A stretch of DNA of 32,000 bases from Phycisphaera mikurensis NBRC 102666 (lineage in GTDB: Bacteria; Planctomycetota; Phycisphaerae; Phycisphaerales; Phycisphaeraceae): positions 2,760,001 through 2,792,000 of the forward strand of contig NC_017080.1 of the NCBI RefSeq assembly GCF_000284115.1. Direction: 5' to 3'. Shown in pieces: positions 8,701 to 15,284 of this stretch. The notes under the pieces are model-generated. The model was not told where the DNA came from. It did not search any database and was given only the letters and a program-made list of their open reading frames with translations. The first letter of the stretch is position 1, and each line of letters opens with the position of its first letter. The position numbers were made by a program, and so were the translations under genes.

Positions 8701-9156
8701 GCCAAGCACCGGATGGAGGCGTACCGCCGGCTCACCCGCGTCGACTCGCTGCCCGAGCTCGACCGCGTCGTCGACGAACTCAAGGAGGCCTACGGCCCGC
8801 CGCCCGCCGCCGCCGAGGAGTTCATTGCGCTCGTGGAGATCCGGCTGGGCGCCGCCCAGCGCGGCATCACGCGGGTGAAGCTCTCCGGGCCGGACCTGAT
8901 CTTCTCGACGGACCCCAGTCGGGCGCGGTCGGTCCAGGCGGCCTTCGTCGACGCGCCCGGCCGCGTCACGGTGCTCGACCAAAAGGAGGTCTTCTACCGC
9001 CCGCCCGCCGCCTACCTCGAAGAAGTTCCAACGCTGCTCGCGGTCCTCCGCAAGCTCCTGGTCACGCCCCTGCGCGGCGAGCAGCCCCGCCCGCCGGCCA
9101 GGCAATCGCCTCCACCGACGCAAGGCTCTCGCTCCGCGCCCGTTGCATCCCGATGA
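5722..9156 (+). CDS. mfd: Transcription-repair coupling factor Mfd
   Basis: Motifs: Walker A GDVGFGKTEIALRAAF, DEEQ box VIDEEQKFG, TATPIPRTL and LRGRVGRS, plus UvrB-homology and TRCF C-terminal regions. The track start at 5473 would overlap the divergent GNAT gene. Plausible starts are TTG 5722 (used here) or GTG 5668. Confidence 0.95.
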   Translation: MPTDTATATWLDSFLAHPVAAAVADGLARGKSVNVRGARGSSAALLAGAAACERGDRVLLVVAHLDEADDALDDLGCFEGLHAERFGALEVLPGSESVNLERLAERMDVVRRLAESPSAGRPEVLVAPIQALMQAVPGSEAVAAMSLSVSPGDTLSPGTLLGWLDNAGYARVDAIDQPGDYAVRGGLVEVYPIGATLEDPGARPLPQAPVRIDFFGDEVDTLTTVDPDATLGNAGVKVGRLGLVGGSAEELQKGAADEGGRCLVDLLPAGLPAVLHETAELSEQSKGYFERLTNPAGIFAPAEVFKRLVARPAAELSSFATGSAGGGALDLGASALPAFPRDAEAAVEELVDLAKEHASTTVLCGTEAEQAQLETLLRDQRQRQDEAEPPEIATAVQRLHHGFLLASPDGPPAAVVTFHELFHRHGLSRRVRRVFSGTSSDADAFLDLDVGDAVVHVDHGIAQFTGITTLRRKVGGPSEGQLRPTEYLTLEFAGGATLQVPVGQIDLIQKYVGGFEGKPPLSTLGGKKWRNQKEAAGDAVKDLARELLQVQAARRTEPGIAYPPDGPDHAAFAASFPFEETPDQLEAIAATQRDMEGPQPMDRLICGDVGFGKTEIALRAAFKAAHSGKQVAVLVPTTVLAEQHARTFTQRLKPFGFRVEALNRFKTGKEARVVLKALQAGEVRVIIGTHRLLSADVNFHDLGLVVIDEEQKFGVEHKHRLLALRLTADVLTMTATPIPRTLHMSMVGLRDISSLTTPPAGRRAVVTEVVPHRTDRTGAALQRELARGGQAYVVHNRINGLHRVAADVKADVPDAEVAIGHGQMGAHELEAVMMRFIRGEADVLVSTTIIESGIDVPNANTMIIHDADRFGLAELHQLRGRVGRSSKRAYCYLLLPPGRTVSEVAQKRLRAIEDYAVLGAGFKIAMRDLEIRGAGDLLGGEQSGHIAAVGYELYCVMLDQETRRLNHQPVVDVARCHLELPAAGNLPKRYIPAAKHRMEAYRRLTRVDSLPELDRVVDELKEAYGPPPAAAEEFIALVEIRLGAAQRGITRVKLSGPDLIFSTDPSRARSVQAAFVDAPGRVTVLDQKEVFYRPPAAYLEEVPTLLAVLRKLLVTPLRGEQPRPPARQSPPPTQGSRSAPVASR

Positions 9157-10061
9157 AGCGTTGCCTCGTCGTCCTCTTGAGCCTGCTCGCCGCCGGGCCC
9201 GCCGGCGCCGGGGTCGGCCACCGCGTCCTCCACGACGAGGCACGCGGGCGCGACGTCCCGGTGAAGATCACCACGCCCGACGACGCCGAACCCGGACGCC
9301 TGCCCGCCGTCTTCTTCTCGCACGGCCTCGGCGGCTCGGTCGAGGCCGCCGGCTACCTCGCCGAGGGCCTCGCCGAAGCCGGGTACATCGTCGTCAACGT
9401 GCAGCACCCCGGCTCGGACCGGCGCGTCTGGGAGGGGCTTCCGCGGGCGACCCGGCGGCCCGCGATGCGAGCGGCCGCCAGCGCCGAGCAGTCGCGGGCC
9501 CGGCCGGCGGACGTGTCCTTCGCGCTGACCGCGCTGCTCGGCACGGGCGACGTGCCGATCGACCCGGCCCGCGTCGGGGTCGCCGGGCACTCCTTCGGCT
9601 CGCTCACGGCGCGGCTGCTCGCCGGCCAGCGCGTGGCGGGCGGACGGAGCTTCACCGACCCGCGCTTCCGCGCCGCCGTCGCGCTCAGCGGCCCGCCCGC
9701 CCGCTTCGACGCGGCCGTGGCGGAGATCGCGATCCCGGTGCTGCACATCACCGGCACGCGCGACGTCTCCAGGATCGATCCGAACCTCACGCCGGCCGAC
9801 CGCCGCGACGCCTACGACCGCAGCCCCGCCGGCCACCAGTACCTCGTCCTCTACGCCGGCGCCGACCACGGCGTCTTCGGCGGGGCCGGCGAGCGGCGGC
9901 CACGCGGCCGCGACCTCGAGCGCGACGCGGCGATCCAGGGCTCGGTGCTGGAAGCCTGCATCCGCTTCTTCGACGGCTTCCTCGCGCGGCCCCCGCAGCC
10001 GCTCACGCACGCGGCGCTCGAGGCCGCCGTCCGGGGGCTCGGCGCCGTGGAGAGCAAGTGA
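9153..10061 (+). CDS. Secreted alpha/beta hydrolase (dienelactone hydrolase / PAF-acetylhydrolase / chlorophyllase-like)
   Basis: N-terminal signal peptide MKRCLVVLLSLLAAGPAGAG and nucleophile elbow GHSFG (VGVAGHSFGSL). Its ATG overlaps the mfd stop (ATGA at 9153-9156). Confidence 0.7.
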   Translation: MKRCLVVLLSLLAAGPAGAGVGHRVLHDEARGRDVPVKITTPDDAEPGRLPAVFFSHGLGGSVEAAGYLAEGLAEAGYIVVNVQHPGSDRRVWEGLPRATRRPAMRAAASAEQSRARPADVSFALTALLGTGDVPIDPARVGVAGHSFGSLTARLLAGQRVAGGRSFTDPRFRAAVALSGPPARFDAAVAEIAIPVLHITGTRDVSRIDPNLTPADRRDAYDRSPAGHQYLVLYAGADHGVFGGAGERRPRGRDLERDAAIQGSVLEACIRFFDGFLARPPQPLTHAALEAAVRGLGAVESK

Positions 10062-10205
10062 CGAGCATTCCAGTTGGTCCTCGGGCGGCCGATGCCCGGG
10101 TGCCGAGCATCCGGCCCGGATCGTCTGATCGAAGGCCGAGCCCCGGCCGGCACGGCACCCCAGCCGGTGCATCGGCGGACGCTTGCGAGGGTCTTGCGAG
10201 GCGTC

Positions 10206-11240
10206 TCAATCGACCTTCGGCTCCGCCGGCTTCCTCCAGAAGCAGAGCGGGTCGATCAGGTTCCGCGCGGACAGCTCCGGCCAGGGCGGGGGCCGCCGCC
10301 GCAGCGGCGCGGTGAGCGCCCGGAGCACGCCGGCGGCGCGGCGGGCCGGCGTCGCCCCGGGGCTGGGGCCGTCGCAGCGGAGCAGCACGGCGGTGAGGTC
10401 GTCGTCGAAGGCGTGGCCGCCGCGGAGCACGGCGTCGATGAGCCCGCCGATGACGCTCGCCGGCACGGCCGAGCCGGGATCTTCTTCCAGGCCGTTCGCG
10501 GCGTCCACGAGGCCCTCGACCCCGAGCATCTCGCGCTGCGCGTTCATCGCCTCGATGAGGCAGTCGGTGTAGACGAGCACCGCGTCGCCGGGGTGCAGGC
10601 GGATCTCCTGCCCGCGGTAGCCCACGTTCTCGAGCACGCCCAGCGGGAGATTCGCGATGACCGGGTCGCCGCTGGCGTCCCCGCCGCGACCGGCCTCGGC
10701 CGCGGCGCGGCCGGTCTGCTCGTCGGGCACGCTCAGCGGACGCCAGCGGCGGTCGCCGACGCGGTACACCAACGGTGGCGGGTGGCCGGCGTTGCACACG
10801 GTCATCCGCTGCTCCGGGGCGAAGTGCGTGAGCACGATGGCGGTCGCGAAGCGTCCGGTGTCGCCGGCGACCTCGTCCATGTCGCGGTTCATCCGCGCGG
10901 CGAGCCGGTGAGGCTCGATGTGATTGAGGTACCGCTGCATCGTCCGCCGGAGGCGGCGACCGGTCTCGGCCACCTGCTCGCCGTGGCCCGACACGTCGGC
11001 GAGGACCAGGCGCGTGATCCGCCCGGTGCCGCACGAGCTGACGCAATGCACGTCCCCGCCCGCGGCCTGGCCGTGGTGCGGGCGGGAGGCGACGAAGCCG
11101 GTGAGGCCGGGGAGCACCAGCTCCGACCAGGTCGCCGCGTTGCCGCCCCAGACCTCCGCGCAGCGCAGGCCGACGGCCTCGGGCTCGCCGCGGATCGACG
11201 AGGATTCCGCGGACGGCGGGCAGGAGGAGGCTTCTGTCAT
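10206..11240 (-). CDS. SpoIIE/PP2C-family protein serine/threonine phosphatase (stand-alone catalytic domain)
   Basis: Motifs LADVSGHGEQVA, VCNAGHPPP and VLVYTDCLIEA are typical of RsbU/SpoIIE-type PPM phosphatases. The start at ATG 11240 lies 27 nt downstream of the glpD stop. Confidence 0.8.
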   Translation of the reverse strand: MTEASSCPPSAESSSIRGEPEAVGLRCAEVWGGNAATWSELVLPGLTGFVASRPHHGQAAGGDVHCVSSCGTGRITRLVLADVSGHGEQVAETGRRLRRTMQRYLNHIEPHRLAARMNRDMDEVAGDTGRFATAIVLTHFAPEQRMTVCNAGHPPPLVYRVGDRRWRPLSVPDEQTGRAAAEAGRGGDASGDPVIANLPLGVLENVGYRGQEIRLHPGDAVLVYTDCLIEAMNAQREMLGVEGLVDAANGLEEDPGSAVPASVIGGLIDAVLRGGHAFDDDLTAVLLRCDGPSPGATPARRAAGVLRALTAPLRRRPPPWPELSARNLIDPLCFWRKPAEPKVD

Positions 11241-11267
11241 CGCGGTCCGCGGGAGCGGGCGGATGCG

Positions 11268-12944
11268 TCAGCCTACGGCCGCTGGAGGCCCCGCACCGGC
11301 GGGCGGGAGCGTCGCGAGGAAGCGGGCTTCGGCCGCGGCCTGCTGCGCGTCGTCCCAGCCCAGCTCCGCCGCCATCGCCGCCGCCGCCGGAGCCGCCGAG
11401 GCCCGTGCCGCCTCGACGTCCAGCAGCGTCACGCGGAGGCGACGCGCCAGCGCGTCCTCCAGCGTCTCCGCCATCTCGTGCCGGGCCGCCCAGGCCACCT
11501 CGCCCACGCGGTGCGGCAGCGAGGGGTGCAGCGGCTGGTTCCACCCCGGTCGCTCGCGGCAGAGCTCGTCGAGCGCCGGGGCGAGGCTCCCGAAGAGGTC
11601 GCGGGGCTCGAAGGCTCCGGCCGGCTCGGCCACCTCCCGCGCCGCGGGCGCCCCGTGGAGCGGCAGCCGCCTCGTGCCGCACGGCGGGGCGTGGAAGCCG
11701 CCGAGCTCCACCACCCGGTCGACCGCGTCCTCCGCCATCCGGCGGTAGGTCGTCCACTTGCCGCCGGCGAGCGTGATCAGCCCGCTCGCGGAGACCCGCA
11801 GCGTGTGGTCGCGTGAGAGCTTCGCGGTGTTCGTCCCGGCGCCCGCCGGCCGCACCAGCGGGCGCACGCCGGCGAAGCTCGCCCGCACGTCGGCCCGGCC
11901 CGGGGCCTTCTCCATCACGCCGGCGGCGGTCTGCAGCAGGAACGCCACCTCCTGCTCGCTCGGCCGCGGGTCCCGCGGCGCGTGGTCCAGCGGCTCGTCG
12001 GTGGTGCCGACGACCACCCTGCCGTGCCAGGGGATCGCGAAGAGCACGCGGCCGTCGGGCGTCCGGGGCACCATCAGCGCGTCGGGACCGCCGAGGAACG
12101 CGGCGTCGAGCACCACGTGGCTGCCGCGGCTGGGCGCGATGAGGCCGCCGGCCGGGACGCCGCCGCCGAGCCGGTCCATCGCGAGCACGCCGTCGCTGAA
12201 CGGCCCGGTGCAGTTGACGACGACCTCCGCCCGCACCACGGCGTGCCCGAGGGGTCCGCTCTGGACCTCCGCGCCGGCCACACGCCCGCGCTCGTGGACC
12301 AACGCCGCCACCTCCGCGTGGTTCAACAGCACCGCCCCTCGTTCCTGGGCCGTCCGCGCGAGCGCCACGCACAGCCGCGCGTCGTCGAACTGCCCGTCCT
12401 CGTAGGTGATGGCCCCGCGCAGCCGGTCCCGCTTCGCGTTGGGCAGCGCCGCCAGCGCTTGCTCGCGGGAGAGCCAGCGCGACGGCCCCAGGCCCAGGCG
12501 TCCCGCGAGCGCGTCGTACGCCTTCATCCCCAGGCCGTACCACGGCCGCTCCCACCACGCCCAGGCGGGGATGACGAAGCGGCGCCGGTGACAAAGGTGC
12601 GGCGCGTTGCGCAGCAGCAGGCCCCGCTCGTGCAGCGCCTCGCGGACGAGCTTCACGTCGCCGCGCTGCAGGTAGCGGACGCCGCCGTGCACGAGCTTGG
12701 TCGAGCGGGAGGAGCTGCCGGCGGCGAAGTCGTCGCGTTCGACCAGCGCGACGCGGAGGCCGCGGTCGGCCGCGTCGACGGCGACGCCGAGGCCGCTGCA
12801 GCCGCCGCCGATGACCAGGACGTCGAAGGGCGAGCCGGCGGCCAGCGCATCCCAGGCGCGCCGACGCGGCGTCGTCGCGGCATCAGCCACGTGCGGCGCT
12901 CCGGCCACGCCCGTCGTCCCAGCCACGGCCGTCGTTCCAGCCAC
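11268..12944 (-). CDS. glpD: FAD-dependent glycerol-3-phosphate dehydrogenase
   Basis: The motif FDVLVIGGGCSGLGVAVDAADRGLRVALVERDDFAAGSSSRSTKLVHGGVRYL is the canonical GlpD N-terminus. The start is ambiguous: in-frame GTGs at 12944, 12926, 12908 and 12890 all lie within a short tandem repeat. Confidence 0.9.
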   Translation of the reverse strand: MAGTTAVAGTTGVAGAPHVADAATTPRRRAWDALAAGSPFDVLVIGGGCSGLGVAVDAADRGLRVALVERDDFAAGSSSRSTKLVHGGVRYLQRGDVKLVREALHERGLLLRNAPHLCHRRRFVIPAWAWWERPWYGLGMKAYDALAGRLGLGPSRWLSREQALAALPNAKRDRLRGAITYEDGQFDDARLCVALARTAQERGAVLLNHAEVAALVHERGRVAGAEVQSGPLGHAVVRAEVVVNCTGPFSDGVLAMDRLGGGVPAGGLIAPSRGSHVVLDAAFLGGPDALMVPRTPDGRVLFAIPWHGRVVVGTTDEPLDHAPRDPRPSEQEVAFLLQTAAGVMEKAPGRADVRASFAGVRPLVRPAGAGTNTAKLSRDHTLRVSASGLITLAGGKWTTYRRMAEDAVDRVVELGGFHAPPCGTRRLPLHGAPAAREVAEPAGAFEPRDLFGSLAPALDELCRERPGWNQPLHPSLPHRVGEVAWAARHEMAETLEDALARRLRVTLLDVEAARASAAPAAAAMAAELGWDDAQQAAAEARFLATLPPAGAGPPAAVG

Positions 12945-14427
12945 GGCAACGCGCGACCGCCTCGGCGTACCGCCCGCGGAGCCGGTGCGCCTCCGCCTCG
13001 TCCATCCGCGGCTCGAAGCGATCGGCCCCCGGCGTGCAGCGACCGACCGCGGCCTCCAGCGAGTCCCAGACGCCGGCGCCCACGCCCGCCGCGACGGCCG
13101 CGCCCAGGGCCGTCGCCTCGAGCCGCCGCGGCCGCACGACCGGCATCCGCAGCAGGTCCGCCTGGAGCTGCATGAGCCCGTCGTTGGCCGACGCGCCGCC
13201 GTCGACCCGCAGCTCCGTGGCCGCCCCGTCTCCCAGGTCCGCCGCCATCGCGTCGACCAGCTCCGCCACCTGGCACGCGATCGCGTCGATGGCCGCCCGG
13301 CACAGGTGGGCCTTGGTCGTGCCCGCCGTCAGCCCCTGCACGCTGCCGCGGGCGTCCGGGTCCCAGTGCGGGGCGCCCAGCCCCGCGAGCGCCGGCACGA
13401 GCACCACCCCGCCGGCGTCGGGCACGGAGGCGGCGAGCGCCGCGATCTCTCGGGTCGTCTCCGCGAAGCCCAGCTGGTCCCGCAGCCACTGCACGACGGC
13501 CCCGCCGACGAACACGCCGCCCTCCAGCGCGAACGCCTCGCCGGGGCCGCCCGCCGCCGCGGTCGCCAGCAGACGGTTCTCCGACGCCGGCGGCGTCGGG
13601 CCGGTGTGCGTCAGCAGGAAACAGCCCGTCCCGTAGGTGCACTTCACCGGGCCCGGCCCGAGGCAGCCCTGCCCGAGCAGCGCCGCCTGCTGGTCGCCGA
13701 GGATCCCGCGGACCGCGACGCCGCGCAGCGGTTCGAGCCCGCGGTCCGCGGATCCGACCTCCCCGAAGAAGGAAAGGCTCCCCCGCACCTCCGGCAACGC
13801 CGCCCGCGGCACGCCGAAGCGGTCGCAGAGCGCCTCGTCCCAAGACCCGCTCGCCAGGTCGAGCAGCAGCGTGCGGCTCGCGTTGGTCACGTCCGTCGCG
13901 TGCACCCGGCCGCCGGTGAGGTTCCACAGCAGCCAGGCGTCGACGGTGCCCAACGCCACCTCCCCCGCCAGCGCCCGCTCCCGCAGGCCCTCGGTGTCGT
14001 CCAGCAGCCACGCCGCCTTGGTCGCGGAGAAGTAGGGATCCAGCCGCAGGCCCGTGCGGGCGCGGACGTCGTCCTCCAGGCCCCGGTCGATCATCCGCCG
14101 GCACGCCGGCGTGGTCCGCCGGTCCTGCCACACGATCGCGGGGCCCAGCGGCTCGCCGGTCGCCCGGTCCCACAGCACCACCGTCTCCCGCTGGTTGGCG
14201 ACGCCGACGGCGGCGATCCGCTCCGCTCGATCCCCCAGCGCCGCGAGCACCTCCGCCGCCGCGTCCCGCTGCGTGGACCAGATCTCGCCGGCGTCCTGCT
14301 CCACCCACCCCGGCCGCGGGTACCGCGCCGCCAGCGGACGCGAAGCCGCCGCCACGGCCTCGCCCGAGGCGTCGATCGCGATCGCCCGTGAGCTGGTGGT
14401 GCCTTGGTCGAGGGCGAGGAGGAGCAC
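12883..14427 (-). CDS. glpK: Glycerol kinase
   Basis: Motifs ALDQGTTSSRA, GDQQAAL, KCTYGTGCF and DGGASANDGLMQLQADL. The start is taken at GTG 14427..14425 (V-LLLALDQG), with an alternative in-frame TTG at 14505. The upstream 196 codons of track ORF 12883..15015 are R/G-rich and overlap the ybjN-like gene. Confidence 0.9.
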   Translation of the reverse strand: MLLLALDQGTTSSRAIAIDASGEAVAAASRPLAARYPRPGWVEQDAGEIWSTQRDAAAEVLAALGDRAERIAAVGVANQRETVVLWDRATGEPLGPAIVWQDRRTTPACRRMIDRGLEDDVRARTGLRLDPYFSATKAAWLLDDTEGLRERALAGEVALGTVDAWLLWNLTGGRVHATDVTNASRTLLLDLASGSWDEALCDRFGVPRAALPEVRGSLSFFGEVGSADRGLEPLRGVAVRGILGDQQAALLGQGCLGPGPVKCTYGTGCFLLTHTGPTPPASENRLLATAAAGGPGEAFALEGGVFVGGAVVQWLRDQLGFAETTREIAALAASVPDAGGVVLVPALAGLGAPHWDPDARGSVQGLTAGTTKAHLCRAAIDAIACQVAELVDAMAADLGDGAATELRVDGGASANDGLMQLQADLLRMPVVRPRRLEATALGAAVAAGVGAGVWDSLEAAVGRCTPGADRFEPRMDEAEAHRLRGRYAEAVARCRGWNDGRGWDDGRGRSAARG

Positions 14428-14573
14428 GGAGCAGCGGCGGAAAGGACCCGAAGAAGCGCCACGGACAGAGGACGCAGCGTACCGCGCGATCGGGTTGAAC
14501 CCCAAGACCCGACGGGGCTGCTCGCGGACGCGCGAGAGCCCGCGGAGGCTCCTCCGCGTGCTCGATCCTCCTT

Positions 14574-14596
14574 CCGGACCGCCGAGAGCGGTCCGG
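14574..14596 (-). terminator. Perfect 9-bp GC hairpin directly after the ybjN-like stop (candidate terminator, no U-tract)
   Basis: CCGGACCGC (14574-14582), a 5-nt loop and GCGGTCCGG (14588-14596); the stop codon is at 14598-14600. On the minus strand it is followed by AAGGAGGA rather than a T-run, so its function is uncertain. Confidence 0.35.
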
Positions 14597-14597
14597 C

Positions 14598-15044
14598 TCA
14601 GAGCTCGGCGGCTTTGACGGCGAGCGTCACGTCCTCGTTGCCGTAGATCACCGAAAGGAACGCCGGCAGGTACCGCTCGCACATCGCCGGGCCGACGAAG
14701 ACCAGGTGCTCGAGCACGCGGTCGTCGACGCGCTCGCCGCCGGTGAGGTGGCTGACCTTGAAGAGCAGCTCGCCGTCGTCGAGGTCCAGCTCGAAGCAGC
14801 CGACCTTCATGCCGTAGTTCGCCCGCGCGACCGCCTCGGCGATCGCGGCACGCTGCGCGGCGGGCACCTTGTTGGCGGGGTGCGTGACGATGCGGACGGA
14901 ATCGCTCTCCACCGAGATCGCCATCCGCACGTCGCCGTGGTCGCCCGAGAAGCCGAGCTTGAAGATCTCGCGGTTCTCGTCGAACTCGTGCTTGAGCTCC
15001 TTCTCGAGGAGCCACTCCTGGATGCGTTCGTGCTCTTCGGTCAT
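14598..15044 (-). CDS. YbjN-domain protein (T3SS-chaperone-like / putative sensory transduction regulator fold)
   Basis: 148-aa acidic protein (MTEEHERIQEWLLEKELKHEF...DGELLFKVSHL...) resembling the YbjN family. ATG 15044..15042 is preceded by GGAAAGGAA. The upstream 281 codons of the track ORF are R/G/P-rich and not credible. Confidence 0.65.
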   Translation of the reverse strand: MTEEHERIQEWLLEKELKHEFDENREIFKLGFSGDHGDVRMAISVESDSVRIVTHPANKVPAAQRAAIAEAVARANYGMKVGCFELDLDDGELLFKVSHLTGGERVDDRVLEHLVFVGPAMCERYLPAFLSVIYGNEDVTLAVKAAEL

Positions 15045-15284
15045 CTTCGGGTTCCTTTCCGTGGCCGCGGAAAGGCCACCGCGAAGCCTACGACGCCGGC
15101 CCGCGCGGGCCGCCGCCGGGGCGGACGCGGGACGGCGCGGCCGCCGGGGCCGCTCGGCGACCCGGCCGGCCGGTGGTCCGGGCAGGAGCCCATCCGAAGA
15201 AGCCTCAAGGCGCTCCCGCGGGCGGCCGATGGTGCCGCAGGATCCAGGCTCCGGCCTGCTCCTCCCTCGTTTGCGAGCAACCGC

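Noticed and set aside
4234-9243. 1669-aa ORF on the minus strand, the longest in the track
   Set aside because: Most of it is antisense to mfd, whose helicase motifs are unambiguous on the + strand. Its translation is R/G/A/P-rich low-complexity sequence typical of off-strand frames in GC-rich DNA. Only its last 252 codons (4234-4992) look like a real gene.
10003-12594. 863-aa minus-strand ORF overlapping the phosphatase and glpD
   Set aside because: It is an off-frame read of real genes. The translation is extreme Arg/Gly/Pro/Ala with no motifs, while the alternative frames carry clear PP2C and GlpD signatures.
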